Positions 9,480-19,366 are shown, numbered from the stretch's first letter. The stretch is DNA of 64,000 bases from Chitinivibrionales bacterium (GCA_038247415.1 JBBRUX010000012.1:1-64000), one strand, 5' to 3'. The notes: generated from the letters alone by a model not told the origin. Program-made: numbers and translations.

Positions 9480-10790
9480 TTACTGGTATTTTCCTGCTAT
9501 CCCAATTCTTGCTCTGATGAGCCCATTGGTTTCTTTTATTCCATTCGCATATATGGTTGCAGGAACCGATAAAGGCCTTATTGACTCTGCCAGATCCTCG
9601 TTACTATGAGCAAAGAAGATCCAGTTTACAATGGGGTATCGGCCGATGGGTAAGTCGTTTATGGATAATTTGTAACCGCATTCGGTTTGATTGGATGCTA
9701 GACCTGAACGCCTCAAGAAAAAACTGCTTTCGCGCAGAAATATAGAGTCAATTCCTGCATCCAGATACCAGGTGTATCCAAGAGAGTCTTTAAAAAAAGT
9801 AGCAGCAACATGATTCGGATTGGTTTTTATAACATGTGCCGGCGTTTTTTTTGCCCCTACCACAAACGATGCATGAATAGAAGGTATTGCGTAAGTAAAT
9901 CCATCTCCTGCTTGGGTTATGGCGGGTGCCATTTCGATGTAGGCTTCGCTAAAGAACGATTTAAATCGAATTGGTGCATGCAGGCTTACGGGTACACACA
10001 CCATTTGAGCGTAACAAATCTGATTGACTGCTGCTTTGCTCACGCGAAACAGAAAACTAAGGTGCAGGCTGAAATCCCCGCGTTTAATGAGGCGAATTTG
10101 TCCTATCTTGTATCGCTTGACTGGGCAATCGAGGTTGTCTTGATTAAGTTGAAATTTAAAGTTTCCAATAAGCGTTTTAAAAAATATGTTGACATGTAAT
10201 AGTCCGGCAATGTTTTGGTAGTGTTCGCTGCCAGAACTTTTTATTCCAGCCTGCAGAAAATGGAATTTTCCTTTGTCAAATTGCGCAAAGTACCAGGGCG
10301 TTTCTACCAGATCTTTAACAGGATCATAAGTAATAGTATGATCGCTCGATAAGGGAAACGTGCTCTTAGAAACGATACGAATCAAATACGTGCGCTTGTT
10401 CGAAGCTTCAACAAAGATGTCGGAAGTGGCTGCGTTCTTTTTATAATCACGTTTCTGCGCTAAGGAATCGACCGGAAGAAGGTTGTTGGTTAAGAAGGCG
10501 ATCTCATCGCGTGAATCGAGAATCCCATTGCTAAGATTTGTATTAGGAGATTCACCTTTGTCGCAGATGTATTCTCCTTCCGGAGAAATTTCGTCGATCT
10601 GGAAAGGAATAGGTTTATTGTCGCTATCAAGCACCCGAATGGTATGCAATGGTTTTCCACAGAGCATAGGAAGCAGTGCCCCGGTAATCACAATGGGTTC
10701 ACCGTGCAATGCAAAAATAATTCCTATGCAGATGAGCGCTGTGTTTACTAATCTAGTAAAGCTAAAAAGCGTTCTCATCAATACTCTCAT
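9480..10790 (-). CDS. Hypothetical exported protein
   Basis: 436-aa ORF with signal-like N-terminus and 'PIPFQIDE' motif; 4-nt overlap with upstream GH gene. Confidence 0.7.
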   Translation of the reverse strand: MRVLMRTLFSFTRLVNTALICIGIIFALHGEPIVITGALLPMLCGKPLHTIRVLDSDNKPIPFQIDEISPEGEYICDKGESPNTNLSNGILDSRDEIAFLTNNLLPVDSLAQKRDYKKNAATSDIFVEASNKRTYLIRIVSKSTFPLSSDHTITYDPVKDLVETPWYFAQFDKGKFHFLQAGIKSSGSEHYQNIAGLLHVNIFFKTLIGNFKFQLNQDNLDCPVKRYKIGQIRLIKRGDFSLHLSFLFRVSKAAVNQICYAQMVCVPVSLHAPIRFKSFFSEAYIEMAPAITQAGDGFTYAIPSIHASFVVGAKKTPAHVIKTNPNHVAATFFKDSLGYTWYLDAGIDSIFLRESSFFLRRSGLASNQTECGYKLSINDLPIGRYPIVNWIFFAHSNEDLAESIRPLSVPATIYANGIKETNGLIRARIGIAGKYQ

Positions 10791-13099
10791 CGAGTTAATT
10801 CAATAAGAAAGACCGGCTTGTTCTGTGAAATAGCCAGAGTATTATTTGCAACAGTACCTGTTTCGATAGCTCCATAATTCCAATCGTAGCAGGTATACTT
10901 CATCCCATTAAGTGGGGGCACGGTAAGGGTTGCGCCAACCCGTGCTACATTGACATCGTGTGATTTCCAGTCTATGTCATAGGCTTTGGGATTCCAGTAC
11001 CACTCTCTGCCAGGGTTAAAAGGAGTGTTTTTAATAATATCATCATGAAAAACAATGTTGGCGTTGAAGCTTGTGCTCACAAGGCAGATGCGAACAGATT
11101 TCGATTTTGCAAGCGGAAGCGAATCGGTTGATGATATTCCGAAGGCAATATATTTTTCTTGTTCAGTAACCGGATAGGGCATTCCCTTGGGATTTGAAAT
11201 GGTTACATTGTCAAGAACTATTCCATTTTTAAAACGAACTGGGCCGCCATACTGTGCGTAAAATCCAGTAAACATTGCAGTTCCAGGTGCATCAAACAGA
11301 AGATATCCTTTTTGCCAATCATGCGTAATTTCAGGAGTGGGAACAATCGGGCAGGATTCATATACCCCTCGAGCGTTATAATAGGGGCCAATAATCGAAT
11401 CGTTTGGGCGGGTTGAGTCTATCAAGAGCCTCATCCCATATCGATAGGTCGTGGGTACAAAACGAGGCCCCATTTCACCGTAACCGTTAGCCTCCCAGTT
11501 GTAAAGGCTTTTTGAGCCCATAATGAACTGTGTTGGACGTGGTGCTTTTTTAAGCTTAAAATTTTTAAAAATTTCTGCAGCCACAGCCATAGATGCATTT
11601 TGGACTTCGTCGAATTGGAAATGATACCCTTGCGCATTATGGTCGGCATTGGCATAATCCATGCGATCGGAGTACGCGGTACCTTTTTCTGCGTTAAGTA
11701 CAGTACCAAAAAAATGCCAATTGATGATATCCCAATCTTGAATTGATCCAAGCTTTACAAGCTCCATAGGGTATTCGGCGCGATATTTGGCCGGCTGCAT
11801 GATTTGCGTTTCGTAAATAAAAAAGGGCTTGCCTTCCATTTTATTATGTTCGGTCCATGGTTGAATCCAAGAAACCTTAGGCAACTCCTCGAGCTGGCTC
11901 ATCCAGGGGAATCGTTTATGATTGGGATCGGAGATAAACCCAGCATTAAAGTAAGTGTCATGCGAAATCGCATCTGCATGTTGTTGCATAAATTGTGTAG
12001 GCAAATCCCACCCAATCCCATTGTCAAACACCATGGGAGCCAGTGCGAGCGATTTCCCTAGTTTTTTAAGCGCTGCGGTTTCGGTTTGCTTTCCTTCTAT
12101 CCAGATTTTAAGAAGAAAGGCAATAACATCGGCGCCTCGTTTGGCATTGAAATTAGATCGATCATAGGTTTGTTTAACGCCTGTTGCAGCTACGCCTACG
12201 CCAAGACTTGCCGCTTGTAAATCACTCACATCACCTAAAAGAGGCAATAGGGCAATAGTGCGTTTATCCAGCGATTCTCCAGGAAGAAAATTGCCAATCC
12301 ATGCGGCGCTCAAGGCTTCGTGGCTGCTATATTTTTGAGACAGATACCTGTTCCAGCGGGAAGATAGCTCTTGCTTAAAAAAAGCAGGGAGTTGTTGGGT
12401 ATACCATCCCTGTTTCATATTTTGAAACCACCACTCTTCATTACTAAGTTCCCACACTGCAAAGAGCGGGTCGTCGCAATAGCGCAATCCGGTATATTGA
12501 TTGACATGCTGCGCTATTGCTGTCATGTGGTTTATAGCGATGGCCTGAATTCGTGCATCCCAATAGCGTGCGGGATTATTACGAATTTCCATTTGTTTCA
12601 AGGCAGAAAGGCTTGCGCTCCACTTATGCTGGCCTGTGGTATCGGCAATAATGCTGCTATCGGCTGCAGTTGCAGAGCCAGTGCTATTGAGGCCGGCAAA
12701 CCAAACTTTAAAACCTTCTTTTTTAAGGCAAAAGAGAAAATGATCTATTAAATCTCCCTCTGAACCATCCCCTTTAACATAGGGTACCCCAACAGACCAG
12801 CTTCTTACAAGGTTAAATCCTTGCTTTTTTAAACGGCTTACGCATGCAACATTGTCTGCATAGTTTTTCCCTGGAAATTGTCCAATAACACCCCAGTAGC
12901 GTACCCGTTTCCCTTGCGTAAACAAGTGGCCATCTTTGATGCACACATATTCCGATGAATCGGGGAGTGTATCCTTTTTTTTAGGAGCAATGGGGGCGTT
13001 TGTGCCAAATCCTACGCTCATTCCCAAAAAGCAGATAAGAATTGCAATACGAAAAGTCATCATGATTACTCCAAAGAAAAGGTTAACTACACTACGCAA
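10787..13099 (-). CDS. Secreted clan GH-A glycoside hydrolase (GH5/GH42/GH148-like)
   Basis: 'GKRVRYWG', 'LKKQGFNLVR', 'HVNQYTGLRYCDDP..AVWELSNE' (acid/base), 'KPFFIYE' (nucleophile). Confidence 0.75.
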   Translation of the reverse strand: MRSVVNLFFGVIMMTFRIAILICFLGMSVGFGTNAPIAPKKKDTLPDSSEYVCIKDGHLFTQGKRVRYWGVIGQFPGKNYADNVACVSRLKKQGFNLVRSWSVGVPYVKGDGSEGDLIDHFLFCLKKEGFKVWFAGLNSTGSATAADSSIIADTTGQHKWSASLSALKQMEIRNNPARYWDARIQAIAINHMTAIAQHVNQYTGLRYCDDPLFAVWELSNEEWWFQNMKQGWYTQQLPAFFKQELSSRWNRYLSQKYSSHEALSAAWIGNFLPGESLDKRTIALLPLLGDVSDLQAASLGVGVAATGVKQTYDRSNFNAKRGADVIAFLLKIWIEGKQTETAALKKLGKSLALAPMVFDNGIGWDLPTQFMQQHADAISHDTYFNAGFISDPNHKRFPWMSQLEELPKVSWIQPWTEHNKMEGKPFFIYETQIMQPAKYRAEYPMELVKLGSIQDWDIINWHFFGTVLNAEKGTAYSDRMDYANADHNAQGYHFQFDEVQNASMAVAAEIFKNFKLKKAPRPTQFIMGSKSLYNWEANGYGEMGPRFVPTTYRYGMRLLIDSTRPNDSIIGPYYNARGVYESCPIVPTPEITHDWQKGYLLFDAPGTAMFTGFYAQYGGPVRFKNGIVLDNVTISNPKGMPYPVTEQEKYIAFGISSTDSLPLAKSKSVRICLVSTSFNANIVFHDDIIKNTPFNPGREWYWNPKAYDIDWKSHDVNVARVGATLTVPPLNGMKYTCYDWNYGAIETGTVANNTLAISQNKPVFLIELTR

Positions 13100-13114
13100 G
13101 AAGTTCGCTGCTAG

Positions 13115-13429
13115 TTATTTACCGTATGAGCAACAATAGTCGGTAACGGTTTTAACACGTAGCTTAAATGATTGACCAGAAGGAACCACAAAAGAGGTTC
13201 CTGCAGAGAATGTTTGATAGTCTTGTTTGCCAGGTAAAAGAACATCCAGGTCTCCTGCAAGAATTTCCATCAGTTCTTCTACCTCGGTGCCGAAGGTATA
13301 TTCTCCGGGAAGCATTATGCCAAGTGTTTTTTTTGTAGCGTCGGGAAAAAGAACGGTGCGGCTGGTTACTTTGCCATCGAAATAGATATTTGCTTTGCAT
13401 ATAATATTTACATTAGAAAACAGAGACAT
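13115..13429 (-). CDS. ppnP: Pyrimidine/purine nucleoside phosphorylase (DUF1255)
   Basis: 'KANIYFDGKVTSRTV..KTLGIMLPGEYTFGT..E.MEI..G...DYCCSY'; start ATG 13429 after GGAGG. Confidence 0.92.
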   Translation of the reverse strand: MSLFSNVNIICKANIYFDGKVTSRTVLFPDATKKTLGIMLPGEYTFGTEVEELMEILAGDLDVLLPGKQDYQTFSAGTSFVVPSGQSFKLRVKTVTDYCCSYGK

Positions 13430-13478
13430 TCTAACCTCCAAAGAAAGATTTATGCAGTATTATGTGTTTAAAAAAATA

Positions 13479-13847
13479 TTATACATACCAGATTGCCAGA
13501 CATGTTTCGCAGCCAAAAACTTCAACTCCTGCAAAACGAATTTTTTGGAACCATGTTTTTTTTTCTCGTAGAGTAACCGTTTTTGCCTGGCATGAAGGGC
13601 ATTGCTGCCGTAGCACGTTTTTTTCGGCTTGCTTTTTAGAATTAAAATCCAGTTGCCACTGTTTAAAATGGGGGAGCGCCATAGCCAGGTCTTTTTTATC
13701 CACCATAACAAGGTAGTTGCGAATGCCGCCTAAAAATTTTGGAAGGCCATAGGCTTTCGCGAAGGCGTTAAGATTGCTAGATTTTAATGTTTCAACAAGG
13801 TCATTAGCCTCAAATTGATCGAGGTATTTGCTCAAAATTGTACTCAT
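13479..13847 (-). CDS. DUF2007-like protein with C-terminal Zn ribbon
   Basis: 'EA.....L....I.AF' N-terminus; CPSC and CETC. Confidence 0.65.
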   Translation of the reverse strand: MSTILSKYLDQFEANDLVETLKSSNLNAFAKAYGLPKFLGGIRNYLVMVDKKDLAMALPHFKQWQLDFNSKKQAEKNVLRQQCPSCQAKTVTLREKKTWFQKIRFAGVEVFGCETCLAIWYV

Positions 13848-14139
13848 GAAAAGACCTTTGGATTAATTTTTTTGGGCACCTAGGCAGCAAGCTTCTACAT
13901 AACGTGGGGAACATTTATTCCTTGTATTGTATTCATAAAATACACCGTGGGCTCTGGAATAAAAGAATTGTGGTTGTCTTCCCTAAAAAATGCAGGAAGG
14001 ATACCTAAAAGTAATGAAATAAATGCATTACCAGCTACTTTTACTTCGACAAAATTTGTAACGATGAATTATACTTATTAAGAGTAGTATTTATTGTAAC
14101 GAGCGTCAGAGTATGTCATGTGAGGAGATTGTTTGACCT

Positions 14140-16971
14140 ATGATCTATCGATGGATTTTGAACCTATTTTTAATTGCTTGCTCTTTATATGGGACGCTTT
14201 GCGCGGAACCATCATCTCAACTGAAACAATCATTCACAAGCCAATTCCACTATGTCGATTCACTTTTTCTCTCTCTGGTTGCTGCCGACGAAATCCGCAT
14301 GAAGGAACTCGATCCCGCTGATGGCCTTTTTAAGGCATTTATTAGCAAGTATCCCGAATTTAAAACGCTTGTCAGGACAAGTTCCAAAGGTGTTGTTGTC
14401 AATGAAGTTGGCGATGGCATGAAAAGTCGAGATCTTTCAACCTCCGATTTATTTGTTATACCCAAAACAACCGGCAAGCCTTTTTTTGGCAAGATCGAAA
14501 TCGAAGGTGATAATTCCTTTATAGCATGTAGTCAACCAATTACCGTTTCTCTTTCCAATGGAGAAAAGCGTTTTGGTGGTGTTGTTATCTGTCGACTCGA
14601 TTATGTTGCAATAATCAAGCGGATCGTGCGACTTTTCAAGGATGAATCGTTTGAAATATTAGCCAACGATAAGCCGGTTGTTCGCAATAAAATGGAAAAA
14701 GTAGATCTGGATACTTTTTCCGAGCAGACCGTGTTATATAAAGCCCGGCAGCTCTTTGTAATTCGCTATGTTTCAACCGATGGTGAACCCGCAATAAAGC
14801 CCCAAAAAGATACCATGGTTGATCTTACTGCTCCCGCAAAGCAAGGTGCTCAAATTTCTCGCAGTCAGGATTCACTCTTTTCCGATGTTCCTGCAACTGC
14901 TAAACCAAATTCTGTTTCTAAAACTTCTGTATCGGTTACGCCAACGCCACCAGAAACGCCAGAAACGATGCCACAAGCTTCTTCTGCGCGTGAGCCGTTT
15001 TTTGTTCAGTCGTGGTTTTGGATGATACTCTTTCCGCTTGTGTGCTGCATACTTGCTGTTGGCCTTTATTTTTCTGTTTTCAGAAAACGCTTTGTCAAGA
15101 AGTTGCACCACGACGCCGACGAAACCCTCATCGATTTCTCTGAAGCAACCTTTGAGATGGACTCAACGGTAGAAGAAATCACGATGGTTGCTTCTGCACC
15201 CCCGTCGCTTAATCGGGAAGAGCTTGTAGCTCATTTACGCAAAGAAATTGCACAACAGATCAGCCGTAGCGAAATTAAAAAGATCACAAGCGAGGTTCGT
15301 CAATCGATTGTGGATGATGTAACCCAACAGATTCGTAATAACGAACTTGACACAATATCAGTTCGCCTCCGTACCGAGCTAACTGCAAAACTACGCGAAA
15401 ACCTTACGTCTGAGATACATCAGCACATTGTTGAAACCGAGACCCAAACGTTAACCAATGAAATTCGGGCATTGCATAGGCAATCGCTAGAAACTGAACT
15501 CATTGCAGCGCATGGCCAAGACATGGAGCTTGAACTCTATGAACAATTGCGCATAAATATCCAGGCCCGTGTAAAGCTAGAAAGTGAGCAGTCTCTTTAT
15601 GACGCTTCTAAAAACCAGCTATCACTTGAAATTCGCTCTGCTCTTTACGAAAAAGAATACCAATCCATTAAAGATGCCCTGCTTTTAGAAGCGCATGAAG
15701 CAATTAGGGCAGACATCGAAAAAAACGAATCGGTTAAGATTCAAAATGAAATTCGAAGGGAATTAGCAGAGCTTCTTACCCAGCTCATTCGCGATCAGGA
15801 AGAAAAGATTATTTATAATGAGCAACGCGAAAAAGTTGCAGCAGATGTGCGTAATGGAATCGTTGCCGATGAGATGGAGTCTATCATAGAAGAAGAACGC
15901 AGCGTTCTTGCACAGCAGATTCATAAGCAGATACTTTCTTCCGAAAAAGATGCGCTTACCGAAAAGGAACGCAAAAATGTTCGTGCCGACATCGTAGCAA
16001 TTTTGCAGCACACTGAGTATGCAGCCTTAGTTGCAGAGGAGCGTACACAGCTCCGGGCCACTATTACGAAGAAATTAGAAGAGACCGATGCCGAACGGAT
16101 TGCCGTAAGTATTCGAGATGAGATGCAGATTAAAATTCGTCACATGGTTCGTACTCGTGAAATCGGCTCTATTACAGAAAGAATGCGTTCTGAGATTGCG
16201 TCAACCATTCATAAAGAACTCTTGGAAACAGAATCTGAGGGGCTCAAAGATCTCCAGCGTGAAAAACTTTCTGGCGAAATTAGAGTCAAAATGGAGAAAG
16301 AAGAAAAAGCTACCATCGCTGATAAAATCAGAGACGCATTTATTTCCGACGAAATGGCACGTGTAAATGCCGAAGAGCGCCCAGAGATAGTTGCAGAAGA
16401 ACGTCGCAGAGTTCTTGTGGAAGAAGGATCGGGAATTAGGGAGAGCGTTCGTAAACAAATTCACGAAGAAGAGCTTGCGGCCTTGCACGAACGAATTAAA
16501 AAGGATATTTACGATGACACGGTAGAAATCCTTAAGCTCAATCTCGATGAAAAATACAAGGCGGTTTTGCAGGAAAAGCTCAGAGATCTCAAGGTGAAAA
16601 CGCGTTCAACACTTTCCGGAGAGCTTTTATCACTTGCAAAGGCCGATTATTCCCAGCTTCTCGAACATTTGGATCACGTGCAGGAGCATGTGGCAGGAAC
16701 AAAAATTCTCGATTCGTATAGAACAACGTTACATCTTTTAAAAGAAGAGAAAAAGAAGTACAAGTATTTCAATTTGAATTCTACTCAAACCGAAAGCTTG
16801 CTCGCGTATCTTGACAAACAAAATGGGTTATTCGAAGAATATTTCGAAGAACTAACCGAGGGGCTTAAAAAAGCAACTTTTCAAATGCAAAGTCTACTTA
16901 ACACATTCGAGAATAGGCTTGCGGATGAGAGTCATCATAGCGAAACCACCGATGCACATGAATCTGCTTAA
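14140..16971 (+). CDS. Membrane-anchored protein: Cache/PDC-like periplasmic domain, P/T/S linker, TM helix, long 24-aa-repeat helical tail
   Basis: Signal peptide; 'DLSTSDLFVIPKTTGKPFFG...SQPI...FGGVV' Cache-like pattern; TM WFWMILFPLVCCILAVGLYF; repeats visible in translation. Confidence 0.8.
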   Translation: MIYRWILNLFLIACSLYGTLCAEPSSQLKQSFTSQFHYVDSLFLSLVAADEIRMKELDPADGLFKAFISKYPEFKTLVRTSSKGVVVNEVGDGMKSRDLSTSDLFVIPKTTGKPFFGKIEIEGDNSFIACSQPITVSLSNGEKRFGGVVICRLDYVAIIKRIVRLFKDESFEILANDKPVVRNKMEKVDLDTFSEQTVLYKARQLFVIRYVSTDGEPAIKPQKDTMVDLTAPAKQGAQISRSQDSLFSDVPATAKPNSVSKTSVSVTPTPPETPETMPQASSAREPFFVQSWFWMILFPLVCCILAVGLYFSVFRKRFVKKLHHDADETLIDFSEATFEMDSTVEEITMVASAPPSLNREELVAHLRKEIAQQISRSEIKKITSEVRQSIVDDVTQQIRNNELDTISVRLRTELTAKLRENLTSEIHQHIVETETQTLTNEIRALHRQSLETELIAAHGQDMELELYEQLRINIQARVKLESEQSLYDASKNQLSLEIRSALYEKEYQSIKDALLLEAHEAIRADIEKNESVKIQNEIRRELAELLTQLIRDQEEKIIYNEQREKVAADVRNGIVADEMESIIEEERSVLAQQIHKQILSSEKDALTEKERKNVRADIVAILQHTEYAALVAEERTQLRATITKKLEETDAERIAVSIRDEMQIKIRHMVRTREIGSITERMRSEIASTIHKELLETESEGLKDLQREKLSGEIRVKMEKEEKATIADKIRDAFISDEMARVNAEERPEIVAEERRRVLVEEGSGIRESVRKQIHEEELAALHERIKKDIYDDTVEILKLNLDEKYKAVLQEKLRDLKVKTRSTLSGELLSLAKADYSQLLEHLDHVQEHVAGTKILDSYRTTLHLLKEEKKKYKYFNLNSTQTESLLAYLDKQNGLFEEYFEELTEGLKKATFQMQSLLNTFENRLADESHHSETTDAHESA

Positions 16972-17025
16972 AATCAGTCTTCTATCGATCTCTTTAAAGA
17001 TCCCGCTTCTAAGGAACTTTTATAA

Positions 17026-17059
17026 AACAGGTGATTTTCATCGCTGAAAAGAACCTGTT
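17026..17059. terminator. Hairpin between convergent genes
   Basis: AACAGG..TTTTCA-TCGC-TGAAAA..CCTGTT stem-loop. Confidence 0.6.
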
Positions 17060-17090
17060 GCCTGAGGTGTCTTTTCTCTTTTGATGTTGC

Positions 17091-18725
17091 CTACAAACTC
17101 ACGCTCGAATGCCCTTTGTACATTTTGTCCCGAAGTTTTCGCACATCGGGATCCATCATGTATTCGTCGAATGCCATCATTCTGTCTATGTATCCAGTGG
17201 GCGTAATTTCGATGATGCGATTCGCAATAGTATTGACAAACTGATGGTCATGGCTTGCAAAGAGCACTATGCTATTAAATTCGATAAGACCAGTATTGAG
17301 AGCAGAAATCGATTCGAGGTCGAGATGGTTTGTTGGTTCATCGAGAATGAGTACGTTTCCACCTGCAAGCATCATCCGTGAGAGCATACAGCGCACGCGT
17401 TCCCCTCCAGAGAGCACACTCGCTTTCTTGAGTGATTCGTCTCCCGTAAAGAGCATCCGCCCCAGAAACCCGCGAATGTAGGTTTCTTCTTGGTCTTTTG
17501 AATATTGTCTCAACCAATCGATAAGGTTGAGATCGGTATCGAAGTAGTGACCATTTTCTTTGGGGAAATAGGTTGGCGAAATGGTAACACCCCATGTTAT
17601 TTCACCAGAGTCTGGTTTAAGTTCATTTGCCAAAATAGAAAAAAGAGTCGACTTTGCTAAAGCGTTCGAGCCAACAAAGGCAATTTTGTCGCCTTGATTT
17701 ATGGTAAGTGAAAAGTTTGAAAGAAGAGGTGCCCCGTCTACCGACTTGTTTACATTATCTACAGTCAATACAATCCTGCCACAATCACGGTCTGCTTTAA
17801 ATCCAACGTAGGGAAATTTTCTAGATGAAATAGGAATTTCATCGATCGTCAGCTTATCGATAAGCTTTTTGCGTGATGTTGCCTGACGGGCTTTTGACGC
17901 ATTTGAAGAGAATCGGGCAATGAAATCGCTCAGTTCTTTAATTTTATCTTCTTTGCGTTTGTTTTCATTACGTTTTTGAGAAAGCGCAAGCTGGCTTGCC
18001 TGATACCAAAAATCGTAGTTACCTACATACACAGAAATTTTGCTAAAATCGATATCGGCAATATGGGTACAGACTTTATTAAGAAAGTGACGGTCATGAG
18101 AAACCACAATAACGGTATTCTCGAATTTGTAAAGAAATTCCTCGAGCCAGGTTATCGAATCGAGATCGAGATGGTTTGTTGGTTCATCCAGAAGAAGAAT
18201 ATCAGGATTGCCAAAGAGCGCTTGCGCCAAGAGAACCCTTATTTTTTCACCACTCTCAAGCTCCCTCATTTTTTTCTGGTGCGTGCCTTCTGCTATGTCT
18301 AAGCCCGAAAGAAGCGCAGCTGCCTCGGATTCGGCTTCCCATCCGTTAATTTCTGCAAGCTCCCCCTCAATTTCAGATGCACGCAACCCTTTTTCGTCGG
18401 TGAAATCGTCCGATGCGTAAATGAGTTCTCGTTCGTTAAGAATATCAAACAAATGTTTATGACCCATGATGACGGTATTGAGTACGGTCTGATCATCAAA
18501 AGCAAACTGATCCTGCCGAAGCACCGCGATGCGCTCCTTGGGAGCTTTAATCACATCCCCCGATGATTGCTCGATTTCGCCCGAGAGGATTTTTAAAAAC
18601 GTAGATTTGCCTGATCCATTTGCTCCAATAAGGCCATAGCAATTGCCTGGAGTGAACTTGATGTTAACCTCTTTAAAGAGGGTGCGTTTGCCATAAATAA
18701 GCGAAAGATTGGACGTACTGATCAT
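17091..18725 (-). CDS. ABC-F family ATPase (YbiT/YkpA-like)
   Basis: Two ABC cassettes (GANGSGKST; LLLDEPTNHLD twice; LSGGE), no TM segments. Confidence 0.95.
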   Translation of the reverse strand: MISTSNLSLIYGKRTLFKEVNIKFTPGNCYGLIGANGSGKSTFLKILSGEIEQSSGDVIKAPKERIAVLRQDQFAFDDQTVLNTVIMGHKHLFDILNERELIYASDDFTDEKGLRASEIEGELAEINGWEAESEAAALLSGLDIAEGTHQKKMRELESGEKIRVLLAQALFGNPDILLLDEPTNHLDLDSITWLEEFLYKFENTVIVVSHDRHFLNKVCTHIADIDFSKISVYVGNYDFWYQASQLALSQKRNENKRKEDKIKELSDFIARFSSNASKARQATSRKKLIDKLTIDEIPISSRKFPYVGFKADRDCGRIVLTVDNVNKSVDGAPLLSNFSLTINQGDKIAFVGSNALAKSTLFSILANELKPDSGEITWGVTISPTYFPKENGHYFDTDLNLIDWLRQYSKDQEETYIRGFLGRMLFTGDESLKKASVLSGGERVRCMLSRMMLAGGNVLILDEPTNHLDLESISALNTGLIEFNSIVLFASHDHQFVNTIANRIIEITPTGYIDRMMAFDEYMMDPDVRKLRDKMYKGHSSVSL

Positions 18726-18949
18726 GCAATAATGCCTTTCAACCGTGCGCGCTCAAACCTAAGCGCAAAATATGTATGTGTATAAGCCTAAGGGGTCTCT
18801 AAAATAGGTTAAAGAACGTAAAAATAAAAGTAATTGAGAACAATACTAAGTATAGGCATTCTGGTTTAGGTGTAAGTCATTAATACCAAACTTAAATAAG
18901 AATCTGGGCGTATCGGGTTTGCCTTGATCACTAAGCAATGATAAGATTT

Positions 18950-19097
18950 TGGGCGTATCGGCTCCGCCGTCGGGCCTCCTCCATGCTCTGGCTTCGCCAG
19001 CCGGTACAAAAATCCTTGCGGCGCAAAGCGCCTGAGTCTTTTTGCACTGAGGGGTGTCACTGCCGTTTTCCCCCTCACATTCCGTCCTCCCTTACGC
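18950..19097. repeat. GC-rich multi-hairpin intergenic element (REP/MITE-like or structured RNA)
   Basis: Closing GCGTA/TACGC; internal stems CGGC-TCC-GCCG, CTGG-CTTCG-CCAG, GGCGC-AAA-GCGCC, GTACAAAAA/TTTTTGCAC, TGAGGGG/CCCCTCA; TGGGCGTATCGG duplicated at 18905. Confidence 0.6.
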
Positions 19098-19110
19098 GCT
19101 TGACATGCGA

Positions 19111-19178
19111 CCCTTCGACAGGCTCTGGGCCCGCGGATCTGGGGCAAATTGATCAATCGCACTGAGCCGGTCGAAGTG
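19111..19178. repeat. REP-like inverted pair CCCTTCGACAGGCTC...GAGCCGGTCGAAGTG
   Basis: Imperfect inverted repeat resembling the widespread CTTCGACNNGCTCAG extragenic repeat type. Confidence 0.65.
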
Positions 19179-19282
19179 GTGAGGTTCTAAAGTAAATAAC
19201 TCCCACAGCTCTTCTCTGGGGGCAGTTCCGTTTCGCTTTCACCCTCAGTCCTGGCTAATGCGATTACCATGATTAATTCGGA

Positions 19283-19346
19283 CAGAAATCAAGATCATTA
19301 AGAGATTTATTAAGTAGTCGCCCAGAATTAAGATTATTAAGAGATT
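19283..19346. repeat. Two ~24-bp direct repeats CAGAA(A)T(C/T)AAGAT(C/T)ATTAAGAGATT
   Basis: Copies at 19283-19307 and 19323-19346. Confidence 0.7.
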
Positions 19347-19366
19347 AACTATTTATTATCCTGGAA

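Noticed and set aside
19000..19060. c-di-GMP-I riboswitch (GGCGCAAAGC resembles GACGCAAAGC)
   Set aside because: No upstream GGCAAAC/GNRA P2 stem, and no downstream gene on that strand
18866..19165. Track ORFs of 98 aa (-) and 75 aa (+)
   Set aside because: They overlie palindromic GC-rich repeats and show no protein-like motifs
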